64,000 nt of DNA, taken from a virus. Every line of letters begins with the position of its first letter. Positions within the stretch are counted from its first letter, which is position 1. Below are positions 23,462 to 37,300 of the stretch, piece by piece. The DNA lies in IMG/VR virus record IMGVR_UViG_3300021961_000023. The stretch is one strand, 5' to 3'. Below the pieces are notes generated by a model. The model saw nothing but the letters and a program-made list of their open reading frames with translations, had not been told where the DNA came from and did no database searches. The position numbers and the translations under genes are program-made.

Positions 23462-25369
23462 ATGGCATTAGTAAATTTCACAAATCTGGATTTTGACCAG
23501 ATAAAGACATCAATCAAAGATTATTTGAGGGCAAACTCAAATTTCACAGATTTTGACTACGAAGGATCAAACCTTTCTACGTTGATTGATGTTCTTGCCT
23601 ACAACACCTACATCAGTGCCTATAATGCCAACATGGCATCGAATGAGGTGTTTATTGATAGCGCAACACTTAGAGAGAATGTTGTTGCTCTTGCTCGTAA
23701 TATTGGATATATGCCTCGTTCAAGAAGAGGTGCAAGAGCAAAGTTCTCTTTTTATGTTGATACTTCTAGTTTGCCAACAAATCCAGTTCAACTAACCTTA
23801 AAAAAAGGAGTTGTTGCAACTACTTCAAACTTTGGATCGCAATCATATACTTTTACTATTCCAGCAGATATCACAGTTCCTGTTGTAAGTGATTTTGCAT
23901 ACTTTAATGACGTAGAGTGTTATGAAGGTACATACCTTGGAATAAACTTTACTGTAAGTGCCTCTAACAAGAGACAGAGATTTATTCTTGATAATCCTCA
24001 TATCGATACATCAACAATCAGAGTTACTGTAGATGAGGATGGTACAGGAGTTTTACAAGGAGTAACTTATAATCTTGCAGATAACCTTTTCAATGTTACT
24101 TCATCATCAAGAGTCTTCTTTATTCAAGAGATTGAAGATGAGAGATATGAAATACTTTTTGGTGATGGTGTGTTCGGCAAAAAGTTAGAAGCAGGTGCAA
24201 CAATCTCTGTAAGTTATAATGTAACAAACGGCGAAGAAGTAAATGGTGTTTCTGGACTAACTTTTGCAGGAAGATTACTTGATAATAACTCAAATATTGT
24301 CACAAGTAATATTTCACTACTCACTGTTACTCAGGCAGCAACAAGTGGTGCAGAGATTGAATCAGTATCATCGATTAAAAAATATGCTCCTAAATTGTAT
24401 GCAGCAAAGAATCGTGCGGTAACAACAAATGACTATGAAGCAATCATTCCTCAGATCTATCCAGAAGCTGAATCTGTATCTGTCTTTGGTGGCGAAGAAC
24501 TAGATCCTCCAAGATATGGAAAGGTCTTTATTACTATTAAACCTTCTTTTGGTCCATTTGTCCCAAACTCAATCAAAGATAATCTAAAGAAAGAACTTAG
24601 GAAGTACAGTGTAGCAGGTATTGTTCCAGAGATTCTTGATCTGAAATATCTTTATATTGAACTTGATTCTTCTGTTTATTATGATCCAAACAGAGCACCA
24701 AGTTCTAACTATGTTCTTGCGATTGTAAAAGAAAACTTGAAGGCATATGCAGATTCTACAGAACTTAATCGATATGGCGCAAGATTTAAATACAGTAAAC
24801 TTGGGTCATTGATTGACAACTCACATGAATCGATTACATCAAATATCACAACCGTTGAGATGCGTCGTGATGCTCGTATAAGACTCAATGAGTTTGCCGA
24901 GTATGAAATATGTTTTGGTAATCCCATTAATGTAAATAATCAAAAGGGATATAATATTCGGTCATCTGGATTCATTATTGCGGGTGTACAAGATACTGTA
25001 TATCTAACTGATATTCCTAATCCAGATGGAGTGACTGGTTCTATCGTATTCTTTAAACTACTCTCAGACACTCAGGTTCAAATAGTGAGAAGATCTGCAG
25101 GTATTGTACATTATTCTAAAGGTGAAATACTGTTAAATCCAGTGAGGATTAATGGTACTACTGTGTTTAGAGGAGCTAATCTTCTTGAAGTATCAGTAAC
25201 TCCAAGATCAAATGATGTTGTCGGATTACAGGATCTTTATTTGCAACTAGATATTAGTAGTACTAGTGTTGATATGGTTATTGATGAAGTTTCCTCTGGA
25301 ACTTATCCATCAGGAACAAACTACTTAGTTACACCAAGTTACTCCACCAGAGGATTAGTTAGAAAGTAA
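23462..25369 (+). CDS. gp6: Baseplate wedge subunit gp6
   Basis: LDFDQIK..IKDYLR...FTDFDYEGS; RAVT..DY; synteny. Confidence 0.95.
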   Translation: MALVNFTNLDFDQIKTSIKDYLRANSNFTDFDYEGSNLSTLIDVLAYNTYISAYNANMASNEVFIDSATLRENVVALARNIGYMPRSRRGARAKFSFYVDTSSLPTNPVQLTLKKGVVATTSNFGSQSYTFTIPADITVPVVSDFAYFNDVECYEGTYLGINFTVSASNKRQRFILDNPHIDTSTIRVTVDEDGTGVLQGVTYNLADNLFNVTSSSRVFFIQEIEDERYEILFGDGVFGKKLEAGATISVSYNVTNGEEVNGVSGLTFAGRLLDNNSNIVTSNISLLTVTQAATSGAEIESVSSIKKYAPKLYAAKNRAVTTNDYEAIIPQIYPEAESVSVFGGEELDPPRYGKVFITIKPSFGPFVPNSIKDNLKKELRKYSVAGIVPEILDLKYLYIELDSSVYYDPNRAPSSNYVLAIVKENLKAYADSTELNRYGARFKYSKLGSLIDNSHESITSNITTVEMRRDARIRLNEFAEYEICFGNPINVNNQKGYNIRSSGFIIAGVQDTVYLTDIPNPDGVTGSIVFFKLLSDTQVQIVRRSAGIVHYSKGEILLNPVRINGTTVFRGANLLEVSVTPRSNDVVGLQDLYLQLDISSTSVDMVIDEVSSGTYPSGTNYLVTPSYSTRGLVRK

Positions 25370-25375
25370 AATAAA

Positions 25376-28300
25376 ATGGTAAACAGAGTCAAAATCAGTT
25401 CGATTGTAGAAGGTCAACTCCCTGAGTTCGTAAGGGAGGACTTTCCTCTTGTAGCAGAGTTTTTACAAGAGTACTATAGATCACTAGAGCATCAAGGTGG
25501 AACCCTTGATGTTTTACAAAATATTGATCAATACGTAAAACTTGAAGAACTTACAAATTTAACTGAAGAGTCAACTCTTACTAGTGATGTATCATACGTT
25601 GATACAGATATTACTGTTGATAGTACTCTAGGATTTCCAGATACATACGGATTGATTCAAATTGATTCGGAAATCATCACTTACACTGGTAAAACCGCAA
25701 CATCATTTACTGGATGTTTGCGTGGATTTTCAGGTATTTCATCTTTTAAAAGTCAGAATAAACCAGACACATTAGTTTTTTCAAAAACTTCTGTAGGCAG
25801 TCACACTTCTGGTACGAAAGTTAAAAATCTTAGTATTCTTTTCCTGAAGGAGTTTTTAAGAAAAATAAAAACTCAAATAACTCCAGGTTTCGAAGAAAGA
25901 GAGTTATACACTGGATTGGATCAAAAACTGTTTCTTAAACAGTCGAAAAACTTTTATGAAAGCAAGGGTGCAGATGAATCCTTTGAGATTCTTTTCCGTG
26001 CTCTTTATGGAGTTGATGTAGAAGTTTTAAAACCAAGAGATTATCTTTTTGAGCCATCGGATGCTCAATATAGAGTCACAAAGGATTTAGTCGTTGAACC
26101 CATTTATGGGGATCCTCTTGATTTAGTTAACAGAACTTTGTTCCAAGATGAGACTGATGATTTCAATCAAGCTCGTGGATCAATCACAAAAGTTGAAAAA
26201 CTAACAAAGAACTCAAAAGACTATTACAAAATAAGTCTTGATTCTGATTATGATAAAGATATTAATGTGTTTGGATCAATCTTTGGAAATTTCCAGGTAC
26301 ATCCAAAGACTAGAGTTATAACTGCAGTATCTGCTGGTGCAACAACTCTTGATGTTGATTCAACTGTAGGATTCCCAACATCAGGAACTTTAGTTGTAAC
26401 AAGTGCTCAAGGTGTAGAAAACTATATTAACTATTCTAGTAAGACATTAAACCAGTTCTTTGATTGCCAGGGAACTCCTGATATTCTATCAGAAACTGAT
26501 GTAAGATTTGACGTATATGCATATGGTTATTCTGGAGTTGGAACAGATAATCCTGTTCATGTTCGTATTGGCGCAGTTCTTTCAGATCTTGAGTTTTTAG
26601 ATGCTCCTTATGGTCTCCATGAAGCAGATACTATTAAGATCAAAGCACTAGGATCTTCACTAACAGATAAAAAATCAAATAACTGGATTTTTAATATTCC
26701 ATCTGTTTTTGATATTAAAACTGTTGAGTTAGTTGATACATCAGATTATACCTATAGATTTACAACTTTTGATCGTCTGACACTGTATGATGGTGATTCT
26801 GTAAATGTTTTGGCGTCTAATGGCGTTTCTTTTGCAGCACAAGTAACTTCTATTGAAAATGAAAGCACTTTCCAAGTAAGAATTGGAACAGGAATCAACG
26901 AAGGTCTTTCATATAAGGTATATAAAAATCTAACAAAGGTCAATAGTACAAACTTCCCTAGAGCGAATAGGAATAACGCAAACGTACAAAATGTTTATAC
27001 TGATTTAAAAAATTCTTTATACGTTGCTTCACCATCTCTACCTGCATATTTCAGACAAGAACTTAAGGTAAGAGATAGATCGATTACTTTCAGTGGAGTT
27101 TTTACTAATAATCAATCTATTAATGTTGGGTTCCATGGATTATATACTGGTGATTCAGTTGTATACATTCCTGGTTCTGATTCCAATAAGTTGAATATTG
27201 ATGCTGGAGTTTATTTTGTAAAGAAAATTTCTGATAATGAGATTTCCCTTTACAGAAGTAGAGCTAATATCTTTAATAATGTTTATATTCCAATCACTGG
27301 AAATGTAACTAATAATAAGTTTGAGTTGTTTGCTTTATCAGGTCAAACTCTTGAAACACAAAAACTCATTAGAAAGTTTTCAGAACCAGAGAATGGGTCT
27401 ATAACTTATGATACCAAACCAGGTCAAATTGGAATGCTGGTAAATGGTGTTGAGATTCTGAACTATAAATCATCAGATTCTATTTTCTATGGTCCAATAG
27501 AGAGTATTATTGCTACTTCTGGTGGAGACGGATATGATGTGATTAATCCACCTATTTTAGGTATTACTGATCCTGTAGGAACAGGAGCGACTGGTATATG
27601 TGCGGTAGAAGGATCTTTTGAAGATATTCTAGTTGTTGATGGTGGTTTTGATTATGTTGGCACTCCAGTGATTAGTATCATTGGTGGTGGTGGGCAAGGT
27701 GCCACTGCGAAAGCAGATATGGTGACTCTGAAGCATGTTAATAACTTTAATGCTTTTGGAGAGGCACTGGAAGTAAACCTAGTAAGTAATACTATTGGAT
27801 TTTCTTCATTCCATAAGTTTAGAAATGGTGAAGCAGTTGTATACTCAACTGGTGGTGCATCAAATGTAGGAGGAATCTCCACTGATGCCTGGTACTATGT
27901 TAATACGGTTTCAGATAGCAGTGTTCAACTTCACAACACATATGAAGATGCTATTGCTGGTATCAACACCATTAACTTAACTTCATATGGAAGTGGAACT
28001 CACTCTTTAACTGCTGTAAAGAGAAAGAGAACTATTAATAGTGTTAAAGTAACGAATCCTGGTTCTGGATATAAGACCAGACAGGTATCTGTAATGCCAA
28101 GTTATGTAAATGTTGCATCTAACATTATTAACTTTAATGATCATGGATATAATGATGGGGAAATAGTTGTATATACCGCAACATCTACTCCGATTACTGG
28201 ATTAACATCTGGATCTAGTTATTATGTAACTAGAGTAAATGATGATCAGTTTAGATTATCAGTTGTAGGTGTTGGATCGACAGTTGCAAAAGATTTTTAT

Positions 28301-31300
28301 TACACAACTAATCAGTTTGTTGATCTTAAGTCTCAAGGATCTGGAGTACACAACTTTAACTATGAACCAATAAGAGTTATTGTTAGTGGAAATATTGGTG
28401 TTACAACTTTTTCTGGTCAAGATTTTAATGCTGTTTTACAACCAATCGTCAGAGGAAAAATCACAGGAGTTTCTTTAACTGATAGTGGTGTTGGTTACGG
28501 TAGCAGTGAAATAATCGGAGATAACAGACAACCAACCTTTACATTAAATCGTGGTTCTGGTGCTCTACTAGAACCAGTTGTTATTAATGGCACAATAGTA
28601 GAAGTGATTGTAAGATCTGGTGGATCTGGATATAACTCTCCACCAAAACTCAACGTACTTGGAGATGGTCAAGGTGCTGAGTTAGTACCAGTCATTAAAA
28701 ATGGCGCTATATCAAGTGTTTTTATTGCTAATAGTGGATATAACTACACAAATAGCAAAACTAGCATTGATATTATTCCTGCTGGATCAGGAGCTAGTTT
28801 CCAGGCAAACATTAAAACATGGGTTATCAATCTATTTGAGAGATATCTACAGAATGGTATCATAACAGATGATGATGGTATTCTTGTAGAGGGATTGAAT
28901 CCAACTTACGGACTTCAGTACACTCACTTGTATTCGCCAAGAAAACTAAGGCAAAATGTTTATAGAGAAGTAACTCGTCTAAACAAACAAGTTTTTGTTC
29001 CCGATCTTATTATTGATCCTGTTTCAAAAACTGAAAGAGAATCATTGAATCACTCACCAATTATTGGATGGGCTTATGATGGTAATCCAATATATGGACC
29101 TTATGGATATGATACTCCACAAGGTGGTATAGTCAGGGCATTGAGATCTGGATATGAGAGGATAACTGCTGCAAATAGACCCCCATTTTCACAAGGATTC
29201 TTCATTGATGATTTTGTCTTCAATGGAACTGGGGATCTTGATGAGCATAATGGTAGATTCTGTATTACTCCCGAGTATCCAAATGGTACGTATGCATATT
29301 TTACAACGATTTCTCCTGATTCTGTTGAGAGTTCTGGTCCTTTCTTAGGATATAAACTCCCACAGTTCCCGTATTTTATTGGAAACACATATAGATCGGT
29401 TCCAATTGATTTTAACTTCAAAAAAGAATCAAATCAAGATGAGTTTGATCTGGTTAGCGCAAATCTTTCTAGAAATATAACTCCATATAATCTTACATCA
29501 CAAACTCAAGATTATCCATATGTATTAAATCCAAATAAAATCCAAAACCATGATTCTGAAATAGAATCTGTCATTAATGGATATATTGAAGATATCAAAA
29601 TCACTAAACGTGGAGTAGATTATAAGGTTGGTGACTCTATTATTTTTGATAATACAGGTACTAGTGGATATGGAGCAGCAGCTAAAGTTTCTAGAGTTGA
29701 CGGTGTAACTGTAAGTGGGGTTAGAGTTTCTAGTACCCAACTTACAAATATTGAGTTTAGTCAATCTGGTGAAACTGGGACTTTAATCGGATTTGCACCT
29801 CAACCACACAATCTGAAGAACAACGATGAGGTTTCGATTAGTGGACTCTCAACTACTAATACAGGACTACAAAGATTTTTCTCCATTGGTGTTCCACAGA
29901 ACACTCTTGTTCTAAGGTCAGGGATAGGAACAACTGGAGCAACTGGTATTGTTACTTACATCAGTGTTTCTGGTTCACTTTCATATCCAGATATTGCTGT
30001 AAATGATGTTTATGATATTGAAAATGAAAAAGTAAGAGTTCTTTCTATTGATGAATCAGGTTCTAGAATCAGAGTAGAAAGACAATATGGAAATACTTCT
30101 GGAGCAGCACATACTGCATCAAGTTTTGCATATGAGGATTCCAGAAAGTTCTTTGTAAATGTTGGTTATTCTCAAAACTTAGATCTTGCACCAAATAAAG
30201 AAATTTATTTTAATCCAGTAGAGTCTATCGCTGTTTCTGGAGTTGGTGCTACTGATTTTGTATCTGTAGTTGGTGTAGCAACAACATCAAAAGTAGTAGT
30301 TTCTTTTGCAAATCCAGGTTCTGGGGTAACTTCTGTTGTTTTATCTGCTAAACAAATTTACTTACCAAATCATGGATTAAAAACTAATGATCAACTGATT
30401 TATAAAACAAATGGTGGAGATCCTATTAGAGTTTCACTTGCAATAACAGAGCAATTTGATACTGGTTATGCAGTTGGAATCAACACGTTTACTCTTTCTA
30501 ATAATACAGTTGTATATGCAGCAAAGATCTCTAATGATATTATTGGCATTGCAACTAATCCTATTGTTCCAGACAATGGAAATCCAGGGTCATTCGTTGG
30601 TATAGGTTCTACGACTAATGGATTACTGTACTTTGAGAATATTGGAACAGGAGTAAAACATAGTTTTGAAACAAACTATCTCAATACTCTTTCTGGATTA
30701 GTCAATAGAAATGTTGTTACCGTTTCCACTGCTTCCACTCATAACCTTATTGCAAATGATACTATAAGTGTCAATGTATTTCCTGGTATTACAACTTCAA
30801 TCAAACTCATTTATAATGATGAACAGAAACGAGTATTAGGAAATAAAGTAAGTTTTGCTAAAACTTCTGTAGACTTGTTGAGTAATGTTATCACTGTACC
30901 AAATCATGGGTTTGTTACAGGACAGAAAGTTTTATATGAATCTGCACTATCATCCGCAGATAGAGTCATTACTTCAAATACAAGTGTAGATGTGCCTACA
31001 ATTTTCCCATCTCCCTTAGAAGTAGAAACACCATATACGTTACTAGCGACTGAAAATGGAGTAATCATAGTTGATGCAGAATCGATTCCAGATAACTCTC
31101 TATTCTATGTCGTTGTTTTAGATTACAACAGAATACAACTTGCACCTACTTATCATGATGCTACAAAGGCAAATCCAACAGTTATTGATATGGTGTCTAA
31201 CACATATGGAAGTGTTGCACCAGTTAATCCCCCAATAGCATTGATTAAGAATCAAATCGTTGAGTTTGATTTGTCGGATTCCAGTCTCTCTTATCGCAGA

Positions 31301-34300
31301 GGTTCGATTGATTACCCTGCTTTTGAACTTAACTTCTATAAAGATTCTAACTTCAGAAACAAGTTTGTTTCTTCAGGATCATCTCCAACGTTTGAAATTA
31401 GATCTACAGGAACTGTTGGAACATCTGGAGCAAAGGTAACTGTAAGTGTATCCAATTCACTTCCTAAGAACTTCTATTATAAGTTAGATCCAGTAGATCT
31501 ATTAAACGTTCCAGAGAACAAGAAAAATATTATAGTTGATGAGGAAAATATACCAAATCATAATAGTATTATTGTAACAACCAGCGTCTATAGTGGCAAT
31601 CATAGAATAACTGGTATTGGATCAACTTCTATTCAATATAATGTATTATTAAAACCAGAAAGAGTAAGTTATAACACTTCTGAGGCAACTCTTTCATATA
31701 ATACAAACTCTGTTAGAGCTATAGGTTCAATCAACGAGATTGACATTAGAAGTCGCGGTAAAAAATACCAAATTTTACCAGCAATAACCAGCGTTGCTTC
31801 TACTTGGGGAAGAGGTGCAGTTTTAGAACCATTAAGCACTAATATTGGTAAGGTCAAGAAAAAGTGCTTATCAAATATTGGATTTGATTATCCATCAGAT
31901 TATACATTAAGACCATCAGCAATTGTTCCTCAGGTTTTAAAACTTGATCCATTAACTACTATAGAAAAAATAGGCATTAGTTCTAATGGAAATGGATACT
32001 CAATTGCACCTAATCTCATTTTCATTGATGGATTTACTGGTAGAATCGTTGATGTTGAGTTATCTTATTCTATTGGTGACTCTCAAGTATCTATTTTAAA
32101 AAATAGTACAGAAATATACAATACTGCTCCCGTTATTATTCCAGTTAATAATACAAATGGAGTTGGTATTAGTTCAATAACTTATGATTCTGGTAAGAAA
32201 ACAGTACAAGTCATTTTGAATCCAGGTGCAGTAGGATATAGTACTGTCTCTGCTTTCCCATTCAATATTGGTGATAAAGTTTTAGTTGAAAATGTTAGTG
32301 TTGGTATTGGAAGCACTGGAAAAGGATTTAACTCCAAAAACTATGGATACAAACTATTCACTATTACTGCAACTGATCCAAATATTGGTGGTGCTAACCC
32401 AACTATTACATATAGTTTGGATGGTGATTTAAATGATGGCAAAGTTCCTGGAGTTTTTGATCCTGTTAACTCAAATGGAAGAGTTATTGGGTTAAAAGAT
32501 TTCCCAATTTTTAATGTAACTTTAAGAAAAAATGTATTTTTACTTGGGGAAGAAGTAAAGTCTGGAAACAAAGAAGGTGTAGTTGAAAACTGGAACTCTA
32601 GAGGAGATAATCTTAACCTAAGAGTCGCTAGTGAAGATGGATTTGAATCTGGCGATACTATCAGAGGTTCAACTTCTGGATCTGTTGCAATTATACAATC
32701 AGTACAAAACTTTAGAGCAATCTATAAAACTGGAGCTGGTGCAACAGTTGTCAACGGTTTCAATAGAAACACTGGATTCTTAAATGATAGCATACAAAGA
32801 CTACATGATAATGATTATTATCAGTACTTCTCATATTCTCTTAAGTCTCCAATAGAAATCAACACTTGGGACAACCCTGTAAGTTCTCTTGATCATACCG
32901 CTGGATTTAAAAAGTTTAGTGATCTGCAAGTTATTTCTGCTGGAGCAATAGATCGAGATGGAAATACTGGTATTACAACGGATCAAAATGATGGAGATTT
33001 CCTAGGTATTGCAAATATTGATCAAGAGATTGATCTTAACTGTGTTAATGATTTTGACCTTGCAACAGAAAATAATATTATTATTGATGGTACTGTCTAC
33101 TCTGATGAGATTATCTTGAAGTCGAGAGATATTCAAGATTATTTTGAATCAATAGGAAATAGAGTCTTAATGATCGATGACATTAGTGGTCAGTTTAATG
33201 ATCGTCCAAGACCAACAAGATATTCTGTTATTGATGAGTTTCCTCTAACAAGTTTCCGTTCAAGAAAATATTTACTCTTTGTACGTGATAGAAGATTTAC
33301 TGAGACAAAGGAAAATATTTTTGTTTCTGTCCTACATGATGATGTATTCGGATATCTTAACCAGTATGCAAGAGTTGAAACAGTTGAGGACATGGGTTAT
33401 TTTGACTTTGATGTTCTTAATAATAATGGTAGATTACTTTTCTATCCTGAAAAGTATCAATATAATAACTTTGATATCACTTTCACTGCATATGGTCTAA
33501 AAGAAGGTATTTCTGGTATTGGTTCTACAGCACTAGGAGATATTGCAGAGATCAGAACAACATCCACCATAGTTTCTAATGGAATTGTTACTCCTATTGT
33601 CGTTATTGCTGATACATACAGAGCATCAAAACTGCTGATTGATATTCAAACTAGTGATCAAAGATATGAGTTTGACGAGTTTACTCTTATTCATGATGGA
33701 ATAGGAACTTGTGGAGAAGTTGAGGCAGTTGAATATGCACAGTTAACTTCACACTCTCGTGATGACGCAAGCAGTGTAGGTTTAGGAACATATAGTGTTG
33801 TTTGTGGAGCTGCAAATACTCAATCATATTTGGTTGGAGTTACCACATCAGTTTTTGCATCCTTTAGTGGTGTATCTACTGCTTTAAATGGAACAGGTAT
33901 AGGTACTGATGGTGGATTTGCAATCGGATCTCATATTGTCTTTACTGGAACTGGTATTGGTGTTTCAAATCGTAGAGTTGCAGTCACAAATCCTCTTGAT
34001 CTCCAACTTGTTGATACTTTTGTACTTACTGGTTTAGCTGGTGATGACAATAATGGTGGAGAAAAACCTCTGAATATCTTTGGACAGAATCAAACATTAA
34101 AGGTTAACTATAGTATTGATGGTGGGTCAACTTTTGTCGGATTGGGAACTTTAATATCAAACTCAGATATTGCTGCACCAATAAGAGAGTATTCTGTAGG
34201 TATTCCAACAATAGCTAGAACATCATCTACTATTTTCCAGATTGAACAACCAACATCAAGTGGCGGTACATCTGATAACTATGGAATAACTCATATTGGG

Positions 34301-37300
34301 TTTACAAATTCTGGTATTTCTACTACTGACATTGTAGTAAACTTCCATCCTTTTGCTGGTGTTGCTGCTACAGTAGATGTATTAAGAGTTTCTATTGCAA
34401 ATACTTCAGCAACTGGAGTTGGAACTACTTCATTAAACGCTGCTATTATTGATTCTCACTACACATCTATTGCATCTTCAAGTTCTCCAGTTGCAACTAC
34501 TGTAGCAACTTATGATGCCACCATTTATAATGGCGGATACTACATTGCAGTAGTTGAAGACTTAACAAATGGATGGCAGCAAGTTTCTGAGTTAATGGTT
34601 GCAAATAATGAAGAATTCAACAATATAACTGAGTTTGGTGAAATATTCACAGTTGTTACTCTTGGTGAGTTTGGAGTTAGAAGAAGTGGTAATCAAGTTC
34701 AAGTAACATTTGAACCAAATCCAGATGCACACATGGAAGTTAGAATCTTCCAAAATGCAATGCGTTTGGTTGATCCTTTGAACGGGGTAACTAAAGTTGA
34801 TATGCGTAATGGCACAGTAGAAACTGGTGCTGGTGTTTACTTTGGTACGGAAACTGATGTTAAGAGGCAATTTGAACTAACTCATAAGTCTCTTCCAATC
34901 TTTAAGAGAGTTTTTGATCCAACTGCTGTAGGTATTGTTAGCATTACCGACAATACAATCAGGATTCCACAAAACTTCTTTGTAACTGGCGAAGCAGTTG
35001 ATTACGTAGCAGCAGATAGATACGTTTTACCTCAACCTATTGGTATTGCCACTACTACAATATCTGGTATTGGATTAACGGATAAGATGCCATCAACTGT
35101 TTACATTGTTAAAGTTGATGAGATTAATATTCAAGTTGCTGCTAGTGCATCTGAAGCACTAGCAGTACCACCATCTGTTCTTGATATTACTTCTGTTGGT
35201 ATTGGATCTATTCATAGATTTGATGCGAGAAAACAGAATACTAAAGGATTAATCACTATTGACAACATGATTCAATCACCAGTTGCTGGAACTGCGGTGA
35301 CTGTTGGACTTGTCACTACAGTACAACCAACCACTGATAGAATCACTCTCTCTGGTATAACTTCTATTTTTGCAGGGGATATTCTGAAGATTGATGATGA
35401 GATCATGAGAGTTGCAACTGTTGGAGTTGGAACAACTAATGTTCTTATTGTTAATAGACCTTGGATGGGAACGGGTCTTTCGACTCACTTCTCTGGCGCA
35501 ACTGTAACCAAACTATCAGGTAACTACAATATTGCAGATAACCAAATAAACTTTGTTTCTGCACCATATGGAGCATATCCAATAAGCACAACAACTTCTG
35601 GTCCAGATGAAGTTGATTGGACGGGTTTAACTACTCATAGTACATTTAGTGGACGCATATTCACTAGAAATTCTGAACCTGGTAGTGATATAGAACCATA
35701 CACTTATAACACTATTTTTGATGATATTTCTGAAGATTTTAATGGTATTACTACATCATTTAGATTAAAATCAAATCGCGCCGATGTTACAAATGTTGCA
35801 GAGGATAATGCAATCATTCTGATAAGAGATATCTATCAAGGTCCTAGAAGAGCAAATGGAACAGTTCGTATTGAAGGGGACTATGAGTTAGTAGAAGGTT
35901 CTGGAATAACTACTGCAATTTTCCAAGAAACAGATCTTGGAGTTAAATATGACAACAATACTAATAATATTCCTAGAGGTGGAATGATTGTTAGTGTTGG
36001 ATCATCACAAAGTCGTGGTTATCAACCACTTGTAACTGCAGGTGGAACTGCTATTGTTAACTCTTCTGGATCTATAACCGCAATTTCAATAGGAAATACA
36101 GGAGCTGGTTATAGAGAATTAGTTCAAAAAGAAATCATTATTTCTGCATACAATCCTGTAACTGGAACATCTTCTACGATTGGTATTGCAACAGCATTTG
36201 ATGGACACATTGTAGGTTATAGAATTGATTCTCCTGGAACTGCATATACCTCAACAAATCCTCCTATTATTTCTATAGATTCTCCAGCAGGATATGATAG
36301 TATTCCTTTAGTGTACTCTAAAGATTATCCAAATAATACTGGAGTTGGAACTGGTCTTGTAGTTAATCTTGTTGTTGGTGCAGGATCTACAGTTATTGAT
36401 TACAACATTGTAAACTATGGATTTGGGTATAGGCAAGGTGATGTATTAACAATCCCAAGATCGGGAATCGGAAGCATTCCTCGTAATAGTGGAATTGGTC
36501 ACATTGAGTTTACTTTGACTGTTGAAAAAACTTATAAAGATGAGTTTAATGGATGGGCACTTGGAAACTTCTTACCACTTGATGATATTAGTAGATATTT
36601 TGATGGATACAGAACTGAGTTCCCAATCACTGTTAATGGTGTAAGAACCTCGATTCGTGCTAAAAAAGGATCTCAGATTGATGTTCAAGCATGTTTATTA
36701 GTTTTTATTAATGATATTCTTCAGGTTCCTGGTGATGGATATGTATTTAATGGTGGATCTGTTATAAGATTTACAGAAGCTCCTAAAGGATATGATGCTG
36801 ATGCTCCTTGGTCTGGAGATACTGTTAAAATAGTATTTTACAGAGGATCAAAGGATATTGATGTTCAACTGGTTGATATTCTTGAAACCATTAAACCTGG
36901 AGATACTGTTGAACTTTATGATGATAATCCTGTTTTTGCAGAAGATGATAGACTTGTCACTGAAATTCTTGCTACAGACACATTACAAACTAATGTTTAT
37001 CCTGGACCTGGTATTACAACTAACTTGTCTTATGAGAGAGCACTTCAATGGTGCAGACAAACTGAAGACAAGATAATAAATGGTCAACCAGTCGCTAAAG
37101 ATAGAGAGATCTATAAAGCACTGCTAAACCCTGCATCTTCAATCATTCAAAATGTTAGTGTTGGCGATACTTCAATATATGTTGAAAGTGTAAGAGGATT
37201 CTTTGATAATACCAGAGAAAATGTAAGTGGGAGAACTTTAAATACGATTGAAATCATCTCTCAGGATTCTATCTGCGCGGCCGCGGCGACTGCAGTTGTT

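Noticed and set aside
37276-37285. Pure-GC 10-bp palindrome CGCGGCCGCG (contains a NotI site) in AT-rich gp7
   Set aside because: Single occurrence encoding an Ala run in frame; unusual codons but no other support for function
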